Of a DNA stretch of 64,000 nucleotides, positions 30,334 through 40,165 are shown in pieces. The translations under genes were made by a program, and so were the position numbers. The DNA is from an uncultured Planctomycetota bacterium. Its GTDB lineage: Bacteria; Planctomycetota; Planctomycetia; Gemmatales; Gemmataceae. The stretch is from positions 1,056,001 through 1,120,000 of the forward strand of contig CAWKHF010000012.1 of NCBI GenBank assembly GCA_963849325.1, read 5' to 3'. Position 1 is the first letter of the stretch; every line of letters starts with the position of its first letter. The notes beneath the pieces were generated by a model. That model saw nothing but the letters and a program-made list of their open reading frames with translations. It was not told where the DNA came from and did not search any database.

Positions 30334-32625
30334 TCAGTGGTGTTTGTATCCTTGTTCTTCGTAGAAAAACACGCGCCGGTGATACACCGCCCATTCCAGC
30401 AGCAGCAGCGCCAGCGCGGCCAGGGCGATCCATTTCCAGGTGTCGTACGTCTGCCGGCGTCCCTGTCCGGTCGTCAGCCGCTGTTCGCCGATTCGGATGG
30501 CGTCGCGCGGCTGGATGTTGCTCTCGTCGGCGTCGAGCAGGTTGACGGCGAAGCGACGACCGCCGCCGGGCCAACTTACCTGATAGACGCCGACGTCTTC
30601 CGTGCTTTTGTAGGAAAAATCGCCGGCGACGCCTCGGGACACCGTCTCGCGCCTGCCCTCGGGATCGACGACGTCGATGGCCTCGACTGCCGCATCGGGC
30701 CGCAGCGTCTTGATCTGGCCTGGCTGCACATTGTCCTCGGCGGCGGCGTCGGCGACGTTGCCGAGCAGATAGAGCACATTGCGCAGGAACACCGGGAAGC
30801 ACAGCTTGAGGTTCCACGTCGTCGCCCACTGGCCGCGGTCGTTGACCAGTGGGAAGGCGAGCACCAGGTCTTGAAACGCTCGCCGCGGCAGCACGAATAG
30901 CACGGCCGTCTCGCGGTCGGTCTCCAGCAATCGCGGCGTTCGCGGCGGCACCCCGCGCGCCTTGAGGTCGAAGCGGAACGCCTCGCCGAAGGCAATCTCG
31001 TCCAGGGCGGTCAGGTGGCGCATGAGCGGATGATTGCTGGTCGGATTGCGGATCTGCGTTTCTTTCAAGGGGGGCATGTCGGCGCGCTTCCACGGCGGCG
31101 GCACGGCGTCGATAAAGAAGGTGTTGCCCAGCGGCAGGGACTCTTCGATTTCTGGGCGCAGCGATCGAAGACGACCAGGTCGTACTCGCCGTTGCGGGCC
31201 GGGCCGCGATACTTCGCGTCGTTCTCGCAGGTCGGCGGGGGTCCGGTAGGTGACGTTCGCCACGCGGGCGGTCGCTTCCAGGTCGAAGAAATCGCGGAGG
31301 ACCTCGTTGCCCGGCGTGACGATCAGCACGCGCGCCTTGCGGACAACGCCGACGACGAGCCAGGCCTCATCGTCGAGCGGGAAGTGATCGCGGACATCGC
31401 GCAGACGGGCGCGGACGACGACGTTGGCGCTGTCGTCCACGTCGCCGAGGGCGAAGACGGCCACCCCCTCGCCGGGAACGTCGCGGCCGGGGTCGTCCTT
31501 CTCGGCATCGGCGGGGCTGAACTTACGGCCGGGCAGGGTCAGCGTCTGCTCGCGGAGGTTGAAATCGTCTCTGTCCATCCTGCGCCACTCGAGTTCGACC
31601 GCGATCGTGGCGGCATCCCTGCGAAAGTTGAGGACGCGGACGAACACCTGCACCTTGCTCGCGTCCTGCTCGTCGCGGACGGCGTTGAGAGTAACGATAC
31701 CGACATTGTCCACATTCTCGGCCCCGGGCTTGCCGATGCGGTGATATTGCAAGTCGAGGTTGCCGGCGGCGAAGGTGGAGACATCGGGGAAACGGCCATC
31801 GGAGAACAGGTGGACCTCGGCGGCGATGCCTTCGGCGGCGACGTAGGTGCGCACCTGGGCCGGATCTTCGTTGGCCGGACGCACGGCGGCATCGTCGGTC
31901 GAACGCAGCGGATTGGCCAGGCTGTCGGCCAGTCGCAACGCCTCCTCGATGCGCGTCGGCCGCTGCGTCTGTGCGATTTTGGCCACGGCCGCGCGCAACA
32001 GATTGCGGTCGCTAGTGTACGGCTGGAGGATCGACGCCCGCGAATGGAAGGCGATCACCATGCCGCGATCGCCCTCGGCGTGGGCATCGATCTCCCGCAG
32101 CGCTTCCTCCTTGGCCAACTCCAGCCGGTCCTTGCCGAGATCGGCGACGGCCATGCTCGCCGAGTTGTCCACAAGCAGGATGTAGTGCTTGGCGGTGCCG
32201 CTGCTGCCGTGGACCTGGAAGGCGAGCACGGAGTAGATGAGCAGCAGCACGACGAGGAGTTGGAGCAACAGCAGCACGTTATCGCGCAGCCATTGGAACA
32301 GACTGTTGACGTGCAGATCCTCGATGCTCTTGCGCCACAGGAACGTGCTGGGCACTTGCAGCGGCTTGCGTTTGAGCTTGAGGAAGTAGAGCAGGACGAG
32401 CAGCAGCGGCACCAACAAGAGCATGACGCCAGCCCACCCCGGCACCGCCAGGTGATAGCTGAGTCCGAGGTGCTCTTGCAAGAAGCCGTTGACGGCGGAT
32501 TCTTTGCCGAGCAGGTTCAAGGCGAGAAGGACGGCGCCGGGCAAGGCGAGTAATAGCAGGACGAGCAGGGAGGCGGGGAACCACAGCCCGGCCAGGGCGG
32601 GACCGCGGAGGAAGGATCGGGCCAT
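30334..32625 (-). CDS. BatA/vWA-domain membrane protein (compensating indels ~31150-31230)
   Basis: LLYFLKLKRKPLQVPSTFLW (BatA), LLVDNSASM (MIDAS), FSDG, C-terminal LLLLEW.VYHRR. Confidence 0.85.
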   Translation of the reverse strand: MARSFLRGPALAGLWFPASLLVLLLLALPGAVLLALNLLGKESAVNGFLQEHLGLSYHLAVPGWAGVMLLLVPLLLVLLYFLKLKRKPLQVPSTFLWRKSIEDLHVNSLFQWLRDNVLLLLQLLVVLLLIYSVLAFQVHGSSGTAKHYILLVDNSASMAVADLGKDRLELAKEEALREIDAHAEGDRGMVIAFHSRASILQPYTSDRNLLRAAVAKIAQTQRPTRIEEALRLADSLANPLRSTDDAAVRPANEDPAQVRTYVAAEGIAAEVHLFSDGRFPDVSTFAAGNLDLQYHRIGKPGAENVDNVGIVTLNAVRDEQDASKVQVFVRVLNFRRDAATIAVELEWRRMDRDDFNLREQTLTLPGRKFSPADAEKDDPGRDVPGEGVAVFALGDVDDSANVVVRARLRDVRDHFPLDDEAWLVVGVVRKARVLIVTPGNEVLRDFFDLEATARVANVTYRTPADLRERREVSRPGPQRRVRPGRLRSLRPEIEESLPLGNTFFIDAVPPPWKRADMPPLKETQIRNPTSNHPLMRHLTALDEIAFGEAFRFDLKARGVPPRTPRLLETDRETAVLFVLPRRAFQDLVLAFPLVNDRGQWATTWNLKLCFPVFLRNVLYLLGNVADAAAEDNVQPGQIKTLRPDAAVEAIDVVDPEGRRETVSRGVAGDFSYKSTEDVGVYQVSWPGGGRRFAVNLLDADESNIQPRDAIRIGEQRLTTGQGRRQTYDTWKWIALAALALLLLEWAVYHRRVFFYEEQGYKHH

Positions 32626-32630
32626 GTTTC

Positions 32631-32852
32631 TTACTCGCCATCGCCACACAGGTAGCTGTCGAGGTTCGCCGACCAATTCGCTGGGCCGTTCAGTTCCAAC
32701 GCGCGTGCGGTGCGGAGAAACGACGGTAGGGCGGTCTCCGTGAGTGGCAAGACCTCCACCGTGAGGCGGACGCGGGTGTTCGGTTCTAACCGGAGTGCTC
32801 CCTCGGGCCGCAGCACGGTCCCGTCGTAGATGGCTTCCACGGTCTGAGTCAT
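32631..32852 (-). CDS. DUF104/AF2212-like putative antitoxin
   Basis: VEAIYDGTVLRP...L.L.PNTRVRLTV; C-terminal GPANWSANLDSYL; GAGGGG RBS. Confidence 0.75.
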   Translation of the reverse strand: MTQTVEAIYDGTVLRPEGALRLEPNTRVRLTVEVLPLTETALPSFLRTARALELNGPANWSANLDSYLCGDGE

Positions 32853-32979
32853 AATCGCACCCCCTCGTTGAGAATCATTCTACCGCCCCTCGCCCCGCCG
32901 CCGAAGGGGAAGCTCAGTGGCCGGCCCACACGGGCAGACACTAGAGTCCAGGCAACCCTCCGCTGCGCGGCAGGTCTGC

Positions 32980-34533
32980 TCACGACCGCGCCAAAGCGCG
33001 GTCGATGCGGGCCAGGCAGCGCTCACGCCCCAGCAATGCCAGGGTCTCGTAGGTGCCGAAACCTACTGCCTTGCCGGTGACGGCCACGCGCAGCGGTTGG
33101 TTGATCGCCCCCAGTTTGACACCCTCGGCATTAGCGAAATCCTGCACCAATACCTCCAGCGCTTTCGCCTCGAACGTCGCCATCGCCAGGCGCTCGCGGA
33201 CCTTGCGCAGCAGCGCGTTCGCCTCCGGCTTGCGGACGTGCTGGTTGAACGCCTTCTCGTCGTAGGAGAGTTGATCGTCCGGCAGGAAGAAGGCGGCATA
33301 ATCGAGAATGTCGCCGGCCACCTTGATGCGCTCGCCGGCAGCGCGCACGACCTCCGCGACGTAAGCAAGGACGTCGGCCGGCGCCGGCTCTGGAATCAGC
33401 TTCGCCTTTTGCAGAAATGGCAGCGACAACTCTGTCTTGCGTTCGACCGGCACGAGCGCCATGTAGCGCTCCTGGAAGGCGCGGAGTTTCTTGACGTCGA
33501 GGCTGGCCGCCGCCTTGTTGACGCGCTCCAGCGAAAAATGGCCGATCATCTCCGAGCGTGTGAAGAATTCCGTCTTGTCGTCCAGCGACCAGCCCAGCAG
33601 TAGTAGGTAATTGACGATGGCGTCGGGCAGGTAGCCGACCTGCCGGTAGAAATCGACGATGACCGGGTTGAACGTCTCGGCCGTCGCGGCCAGGCCGACG
33701 GCGGCGGCGATGGCTTGGCCGTGCTCGTATATCTGCCGGAAATCCGGATTTTTGAGATACTCCTTGAGTTTACGCTTGCTCAGCTTGTTCTTGCTGCCCG
33801 GTTCGGCGACGAACGGTACGTGGGCGTACTCCGGCAGCTCGTAGCCCAGTCCCTGCGCGATGAAGATCTGCCGCGGCGTGTTCGACAGGTGCTCCTCGGC
33901 GCGGATGACGTGCGTGATGTGCATGTCGTGGTCATCGACGACATTGGCGAGGTTATAAAGACACGATCCGTCGGCGCGTTGAATGACGTGATCGGCCTCC
34001 TGCGACCATTCGACGGCCATATCGCCGCGAATGTGGTCGCGGAAGCGGCAGACGCCCTCACGCGGCATCCGCAGACGCACGACGCTCTTGCGGCCTTCGG
34101 ACTCGAAGCGCGCGCGGTCGGCAGCCGTCTCGGCCATCCAGCGGCGGCTGTAGACGAAAGGACGTTTGTCCTTCTCTGCCGCCTCGCGCTCCGCCTTCAG
34201 CTCGTCGGCCGTGACGTAATCGCGATAGGCCCGGCCATTGTCGAGCAGCGTTTTCACGGCGGCCTGGTAGCGGTCCTGGCGCTCGGACTGGTAGTAGGGT
34301 CCGTGGAGACCGCCGACCTCGGCGCCCTCGTCCCAGTCGATGCCCAGCCAGCGGAAGCCGTCGAGGATCGGCCGCAGCGCTTCGGGCTGGTTGCGTCCCT
34401 GATCGGTGTCGTCGATGCGGAGGATGAACTGGCCGCCGTGACGGCGAGCGAAGAGCCAGTTGAACAGCGCCGTGCGGACGCCGCCGATGTGCAGATAACC
34501 CGTCGGGCTGGGAGCGAAACGTGTGCGGACCAT
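32980..34533 (-). CDS. gltX: Glutamate--tRNA ligase
   Basis: VRTRFAPSPTGYLHIGG, LRIDDTD, ITHVIRAEEH, KLSKR. Confidence 0.97.
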   Translation of the reverse strand: MVRTRFAPSPTGYLHIGGVRTALFNWLFARRHGGQFILRIDDTDQGRNQPEALRPILDGFRWLGIDWDEGAEVGGLHGPYYQSERQDRYQAAVKTLLDNGRAYRDYVTADELKAEREAAEKDKRPFVYSRRWMAETAADRARFESEGRKSVVRLRMPREGVCRFRDHIRGDMAVEWSQEADHVIQRADGSCLYNLANVVDDHDMHITHVIRAEEHLSNTPRQIFIAQGLGYELPEYAHVPFVAEPGSKNKLSKRKLKEYLKNPDFRQIYEHGQAIAAAVGLAATAETFNPVIVDFYRQVGYLPDAIVNYLLLLGWSLDDKTEFFTRSEMIGHFSLERVNKAAASLDVKKLRAFQERYMALVPVERKTELSLPFLQKAKLIPEPAPADVLAYVAEVVRAAGERIKVAGDILDYAAFFLPDDQLSYDEKAFNQHVRKPEANALLRKVRERLAMATFEAKALEVLVQDFANAEGVKLGAINQPLRVAVTGKAVGFGTYETLALLGRERCLARIDRALARS

Positions 34534-34633
34534 GACGATCAATCTCCAGGCCGACCGCGCCGGCGTCCCCGATTCGACACGGGGACCGGGACGCGGGTTC
34601 GATCTGGATTGTTGTACGGCTAGGAGGGCGGAA

Positions 34634-34706
34634 TCCGAGCCTGAAGCGTAAGCGAAGGAACGGTATCCGAAGGTTGCCGTTCCTTCGCTTACGCTTCAGG
34701 CTCGGA
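34634..34706. repeat. REP-like palindrome (GAAGCGTAAGCGAAG family)
   Basis: tccgagcctgaagcgtaagcgaaggaacgg...ccgttccttcgcttacgcttcaggctcgga. Confidence 0.9.
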
Positions 34707-34724
34707 GAGTTGCGGCGCGGCGAA

Positions 34725-35794
34725 TTACGCCGCCTCGGCGATCTGGAGTTGCCGCGACGGATGCAGCAACACTTCCAGGGCCGTGACCAGGCGGTCGGGT
34801 CCCCGGCCGTCGATCAGCTTGCGGCCGCAGCGGGCCATGGCCTGGCGTTCGAGCGAATCGCCGAGCAGATCGTTGACGGCCTGGCGGATGGTCTGCGCCG
34901 AGACGTTGGCGTGCCAGCCGAGGCAGGTGGCCGCTCCCTCCTCCTCCAAGCGCTGGGCGGTCGGCCAGTGCGTCTCCGCCTGCACGATGACGATCTGCGG
35001 CACGCCAACACAGGCCAGCTCCAGCGACCAGGCATTGCCGGCGGTGACAGCGAAGTGACAGCGGGCGATGCGGAAGGGTACTTCGCCCGCCTCCTGCACC
35101 ACCTCCAACCGTTCCGGGCAGCTCTCGGCCAGGGCTTGCAGGGCCGACAGTTCGCGGTGGTACGGGCGGACCAGCACGTCCACCCGGCCCACGCGCGGGC
35201 AGTTCAGCAAACACTTGGCCAACTCGCCGGACTGGTTGTTCGGATCGTCGTCGCCCAGGGCGACGACGACGCGGAACGGCTGGGCCGGCTCCTGCGCCCG
35301 CGTCGGCCGCTGCCGGCGGATCTCCGGCCTCACCAGCGCGTAGCGGGCGCCCAGCAACAGCTGCGTGCCGCGCACGAACTCATAAGCCTCGCGGCCCGGC
35401 CCGAGCAGCGGATTGACGACCAGGCGCGACGGGAACGCAGTCTGCGCCAGACTGTCCAGCGACACCACCAGCGCCCGCTGCCGCGCAGGACGCTCAGGTA
35501 ATCCTCTTTGACGTCGGGCGAATCGACGACCACGGCCGCCGGCCGCAGGCGGCGCACTTCCTGCACCACCTCTTCCAGGTCCTCGGCGCTGCCGGCGGGA
35601 TGGCCAGCGTCCAGCCAATCATTGCCGCCGCGCTTGATGGTCAGGCCCAGCGAGCCGGGTTCCAGCTGCGACACGAAGTAGGCCGGCCGCCGACGTCGCT
35701 GGATGGCCGCCGCCAGCGTCAGGCAGCGCGACAGGTGTTCCCAGCCGACGCGGGGCGCGGCATCGACGCGGAAGAGAATGGGAGCGCGAGTCAT
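34725..35794 (-). CDS. PseG/SpsG-family GT-B fold nucleotide-sugar hydrolase/glycosyltransferase (frameshift ~35480)
   Basis: ILFRVDA...GWEHLSRCLTLA; LLLGARYALVRPE; VALGDDD; ELACVGVP; IDGRG. Confidence 0.8.
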
Positions 35795-36150
35795 CTTTTT
35801 CGGTTCCCTGAGAAAAGGGTCGGTTCCTGACCGGAGGTGCGGGCCGGTTCCGCGGCGCGGCGCCGGCGGCGGGCTTCCTCATCCCGTCGCCGATGTTCCG
35901 GGCGGCTTCCCTCGGACGGAGGCTGACAAGTGTGACGTGCGAGGTGAGGGGGGATGGAGCGGCGCGAAGGCCTTCCATCCGTTTCTCTTCTCCGCTAGGC
36001 CGTCCCTGGCCTGGCGCCGGCGTTTCCGATGCGCCTGCGCCCCGAGTCCGTTCGTCGTTGTTCGCGTCGCCGGCCTCGTTCGGCCGGCGGCTCGTTCCAA
36101 CGAGGGCGAATCTTACTCCAGGTTCGCGGCCGATGAAAAGAGCAATTATC

Positions 36151-36183
36151 GAGCCGCGGCAAACGCGAAGCCGCTTGCGGCTC
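36151..36183. repeat. Short hairpin (GAGCCGC...GCGGCTC) at the 3' end of the hydrolase gene
   Basis: gagccgcggcaaacgcgaagccgcttgcggctc; shares gccgcttgcggct with 41692 and 46728. Confidence 0.55.
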
Positions 36184-37024
36184 AATCGCGGCGACAGAAC
36201 CTTGTCACCGCCTCGACGAATTCCGCTTCCTTCTCGAACATGCCCAGATGTCCGCAGTCGGGAAGGAGCCGCAGCTCCGCTTGCGGCAGATACCGACGGT
36301 AGGCTTCGCCATAAGCCGGCGGCACCAGGCGATCGTGTTCGCCCCATAGCAGCAGCGTCGGGCACTGGATGCGATGAAGGCGCTGGGGCAGCTTGGGATC
36401 GTAGGGCCGTTCCCACATCAGCCGGGCCAGCACGGTCATCGCCTGGTAGCCGGCCAAGCGCCGCTCGTCGTCGGGGTTGTCGGCCAGGACCAGCTTGGCC
36501 ATGTATCCCTCGGGGTCATGGAAGAGCAGCGAACGCAGCCGATCGACTTGGGCCATGTCGCGGAACAGGTCCGGCAACGGTTGTTCCTCAACCCACAGGC
36601 CCGGCGCGGCCGAGAGCCACAATTTCTGGACGCGCTCCGGCCAGCGCACGGCGAACTCGGCCGCGATCCAGCCGCCGAGGCTGACGCCGCCCAGGATCAC
36701 CTCGCCCAGCCCCAGCGCGTCGAACAATTCGACATAGTGAAAAGCCATGTCCTCGATGCTGTCGATCTGGTCGAAGCCGCCGCTTTGGCCGAAGCCGGGA
36801 TGCAGCGGGGCGTAGACCGTGAAGTGCTTGCTCCAGGCGGCGTGAAAGGGCAGCCAGCGCATCGATTCGCCGAGAGTGCTGTGCAGATAGACGAACGGTG
36901 GGCCGTCGCCGCCGGACAGGATCGCCGTCGGCCGGCCGCGCACGTCGATCACTTCCGGCTCGCCGCTCTTGCGAGAGAGGAACACGCGGGCGCCGTATTT
37001 GAGCTTCTTCAAGGCGTCGAACAT
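36182..37024 (-). CDS. Alpha/beta hydrolase
   Basis: HPGFGQS, GVSLGG, PTLLLWGEHD, CGH. Confidence 0.9.
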   Translation of the reverse strand: MFDALKKLKYGARVFLSRKSGEPEVIDVRGRPTAILSGGDGPPFVYLHSTLGESMRWLPFHAAWSKHFTVYAPLHPGFGQSGGFDQIDSIEDMAFHYVELFDALGLGEVILGGVSLGGWIAAEFAVRWPERVQKLWLSAAPGLWVEEQPLPDLFRDMAQVDRLRSLLFHDPEGYMAKLVLADNPDDERRLAGYQAMTVLARLMWERPYDPKLPQRLHRIQCPTLLLWGEHDRLVPPAYGEAYRRYLPQAELRLLPDCGHLGMFEKEAEFVEAVTRFCRRD

Positions 37025-37804
37025 GAGGCACCCTGGGGTTGTTGCTTCTCGGTGACGATGGCGAGGTAACGCGCTAGATCGCCGAAAGTTTTGATTTCTT
37101 TGGGCAAGGGATTGAGTTGCGAGTTAATGAACTCCACGATGAACGCTGTCGGAAGGAAGAGGAGGGCAGTCACCTTCAAGCTGAGCCACAATCCTTCCAG
37201 GTCTCGTTTCCACAATGCAATGAACAGACCGATCCCGATTTTGAAATAGAACCCTCCACAGCCGAGTTTGATTCGGCTTGGAAGTGGAATTTGATCTTCC
37301 GTAATCCAACGGAGGCGATCCCAAAATCTGTGCAAGCGCGAACCGCGCAACCGCGCGGATAGGCGTGCTGGGGCCGAAGGGGGGCACTGCTGGATGAATT
37401 TGTCCCGTCAGGCGTTCGAGAGCGCGAAAAATGCCGGCGGTCAGACAAGGTTTACCGAGCAAGGTTATCGGCTCCAGGGAAATCGGTTCCAACCGCTCTC
37501 GGATGAAGTCTGCCAATTCTCGAAAAGTGAGCCGAGGGGCAATGTCTCTCTCCCACTCGTCTGGATCCTGGATGTGTAAACCCAAAAATGCCTTCCATTC
37601 TTCCAGGGCACAGGTAAATCCAAAGTGCCGTTGAAGGCGCCAACTCACGTCGCCAAAATCGATTTCATCAAACACACCTCCAGCCTTAAACTCCTCCATG
37701 AAGCGCATGTCGAGATCCAACGGAGCTTCATAGTCGAGTACCTCTCTCCAGATAATCCGAAGACCACTGAAAATTTGTTCCTGCGTGAACGTATTACCGG
37801 ACAT
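37009..37804 (-). CDS. Low-GC hypothetical membrane protein with ACP-like segments (frameshift ~37350)
   Basis: DEIDFGDV..RLQRHFG and LTFRELADFI / TFGDLARYL resemble ACP helices; two TM-like segments; overlaps both neighbours. Confidence 0.55.
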
Positions 37805-38919
37805 AAGGCAATACCTCCTTCGCCAACATCGCCATGCTCTTGCGCCAGCTCATGCGGCAACGTGCCGGTCTGACAGCCGGTCAGCACCACGCCGACGCCC
37901 AACTCCTTGCGGTAGTGATCGAGCTTCTGCCGCACCGTCTCGGGACTGCCGACAATGGCGAAGACGCCTTTCTCGATGGCGTCCCAATTCGGCTGGTCGG
38001 CGAGGAACTGGCCGCGATTGCGGAGAATAGCGAGCGCCGATTTCGCCGAGGTGTAGCCTGGCGGCGCCAGCGAAATGTTCTTGAGCAGATTGCGGATGAA
38101 GTACCACAAATGCGGCTCGAACTCCTCGCGGGCCTGCTTGTCGGTCTCGGCGACGTACATGGGGATGCCCCAGCCCATCTGTCCGGGGTCGGCCTGGTAG
38201 CCGGCCTTGCTGCACGCTTCGCGGAACAGCCCGAAGACGCGGCGAAACGTGTCGATGTGGAAGTATGGAATACCCATGTAAGCGTAGCGGCGCTGAGCGA
38301 CGAAATCGATCGTCTCCAGGCTGCCGGCGCCGGGAATCCAGATGGGCGGATGCGGCTGCTGCAACGGCCGCGGCCACGGATTGACGTAGCGAAAGAAATA
38401 GTGCTTCGAGTTCCACAGAAACGGGCCAGGCGTCGTCCATGCTTTGATGATAAGGTCGAGCGCCTCGCGGAAGCGTTCGCGGCCGTGAGTGGGGTTGACC
38501 TGGTAGGAGAAGTATTCCGGGCCGCCGCCGATGACCATGCCGGCGACGAGTCGGCCGCCGCTGAGCACGTCGAGCATGGCGAACTCCTCGGCGACGCGCA
38601 GCGGCGGATTGTAAAGCGGCAGGGCGTTGCCGATGACAGCGATCTGACAGCGGCGTGTCCGCTGCGTCAGCGCCGCCGCGATCAGGTTCGGCGACGGCAT
38701 CAGGCCGTAGGCGTTCTGATGGTGCTCGTTGACGCAGATGCCATCGAAACCCAGCTCGTCGGCGTAGGCCAGGGTATCGATGTAGTTTTGATACAGGTCG
38801 TGGCCCTTGACGGGATCGTAGAGCTGGTTGGACAGCCAAACCCAGGCGGAATCGTAGTCCTCGGCGAAGTTGGCGGGCAGGTACGGCCACGACATGAGAT
38901 GAAAGAAATAATACCGCAT
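37794..38919 (-). CDS. LLM-class flavin-dependent oxidoreductase (indel near 37845)
   Basis: ADELGFDGICVNEHH, PLRVAEEFAMLDVLSGGR, PRPLQQPHPPIW, IVGSPETV; restored end SMAMLAKEVLPYVR*. Confidence 0.92.
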
Positions 38920-38945
38920 GGATGGTTCTCTGCGAGTTGACGGTG

Positions 38946-39452
38946 TTAGCGCTCGCCGCGGATGTTGTAGGAATCGCGGGTGATGGGATCGTCGTAATCG
39001 AGTGGCGCCTCGTCTCGTTCCTCCGCTTCGTCCAGCAGACCGCCGGTCTCGAACAATCTCTTCACCGAAGGGCGGATGAGCAGGATGATGGTGAAGACGC
39101 CGAGGATAGTGCCGAAGGGGTTGAATAGGCAAGCGGCGCAGCCCGTAACCAGGCAGTAGATATAGTGTCGGCATTGGCCGAGGAACCGGCCGGCGACCAG
39201 GAGACAAACCGCCCCGACCCAGCCCAACAGCGAGAGACCGCCGCCCAGGATGATGAAGAACCAACCCATCGCGGCCGGAGGCGGTGGCGGAGGAGCACTC
39301 GGTCCGGTGGCCGTCGGCGGCGGCGCCACGAGGAAAACGACGCCGAGAACGAGATAGATGAGCGGGAAGCACGCGAAGAGAGCCAGCAAGCCGCCGACGA
39401 CGTAATAGAAGATCGAGAGCAATCGGAGATGCTGTAAGTCCTGATTCATCAC
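38946..39452 (-). CDS. Hypothetical membrane protein (~3 TM)
   Basis: HLRLLSIFYYV...FNPFGTILGVFTIILLIRPSVKRLF. Confidence 0.75.
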   Translation of the reverse strand: MMNQDLQHLRLLSIFYYVVGGLLALFACFPLIYLVLGVVFLVAPPPTATGPSAPPPPPPAAMGWFFIILGGGLSLLGWVGAVCLLVAGRFLGQCRHYIYCLVTGCAACLFNPFGTILGVFTIILLIRPSVKRLFETGGLLDEAEERDEAPLDYDDPITRDSYNIRGER

Positions 39453-39610
39453 CAGCCCTCTCTCCTGTATGGAGATACCGTCCCTCGATCAGGTCGGCGG
39501 CGTCGCGGACACTCCACCAATCGACCGTTGACCAGCTCGAAGCCTTTTCCATCGGGCATGGCCAGCAAATCTTCGGGCGTGTACTCGCCCTGCATCGGAT
39601 GCACGTTCAT
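39449..39610 (-). pseudogene. Truncated Uma2-family endonuclease N-terminus (53 aa)
   Basis: YTPEDLLAMPDGKGFELVNGRLVE is the typical Uma2 start; the ORF then diverges and stops; GAGG RBS. Confidence 0.6.
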
Positions 39611-39757
39611 GGCTCACCTCGGCCTCTTCGGAGACGCGGGACCTCTTCCGTATTGTACCGTCCTTTTCGTGAACTTGGGGTGCTTTCCGCGCCCCGTGGC
39701 GTCTATACTTGATGGGGTGCTTGGGTGCATCGTGTTCGTCTTAGGGGAGACCGTTTC

Positions 39758-40135
39758 ATGTCCTCGTCTCGTCAGCCCGACCGTGACCTGAGTCTGGAGC
39801 GGTTGGGCGACCGCGACGGTTTGCGCCGCGCTCACCTTGGCGAAGCCGCTCAGGTCCGCACCCTGGAGGAATCCGCAAGCCATGTCGAGAGGTCCACGGC
39901 CGCCTACGAGGCGCTCATCGACGCCGTGTTCACCGCGGCGGGGGCGACCGAATGGCTGGACGGGATGCGGCGGAGGGTGGCGGCCATCCTCGCCGGCCGG
40001 GACGCGGCACGGCCTCCCGCGGCGGCACGCGACGCCATCCGTGCGGCGGAGCCAGGGCCGGGGCGGTATCGAGCGCCACTCCTGCATTTCCGACACCGAT
40101 TTCGTCACATTCCCCAAGTCGCCGGTTCTGCCTGA
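39758..40135 (+). CDS. Hypothetical protein
   Basis: AGGGGAG RBS before ATG; fills the gap between minus-strand genes; no motif recognised. Confidence 0.4.
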   Translation: MSSSRQPDRDLSLERLGDRDGLRRAHLGEAAQVRTLEESASHVERSTAAYEALIDAVFTAAGATEWLDGMRRRVAAILAGRDAARPPAAARDAIRAAEPGPGRYRAPLLHFRHRFRHIPQVAGSA

Positions 40136-40165
40136 CCGGAAGCAATCGGGGCCGAGAGACTCGTT

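Noticed and set aside
37645-39552. 635-aa LLM ORF with long N- and C-terminal extensions
   Set aside because: The extensions are shadow frames of neighbouring genes; the real start is 38919 and one indel restores a stop at 37794
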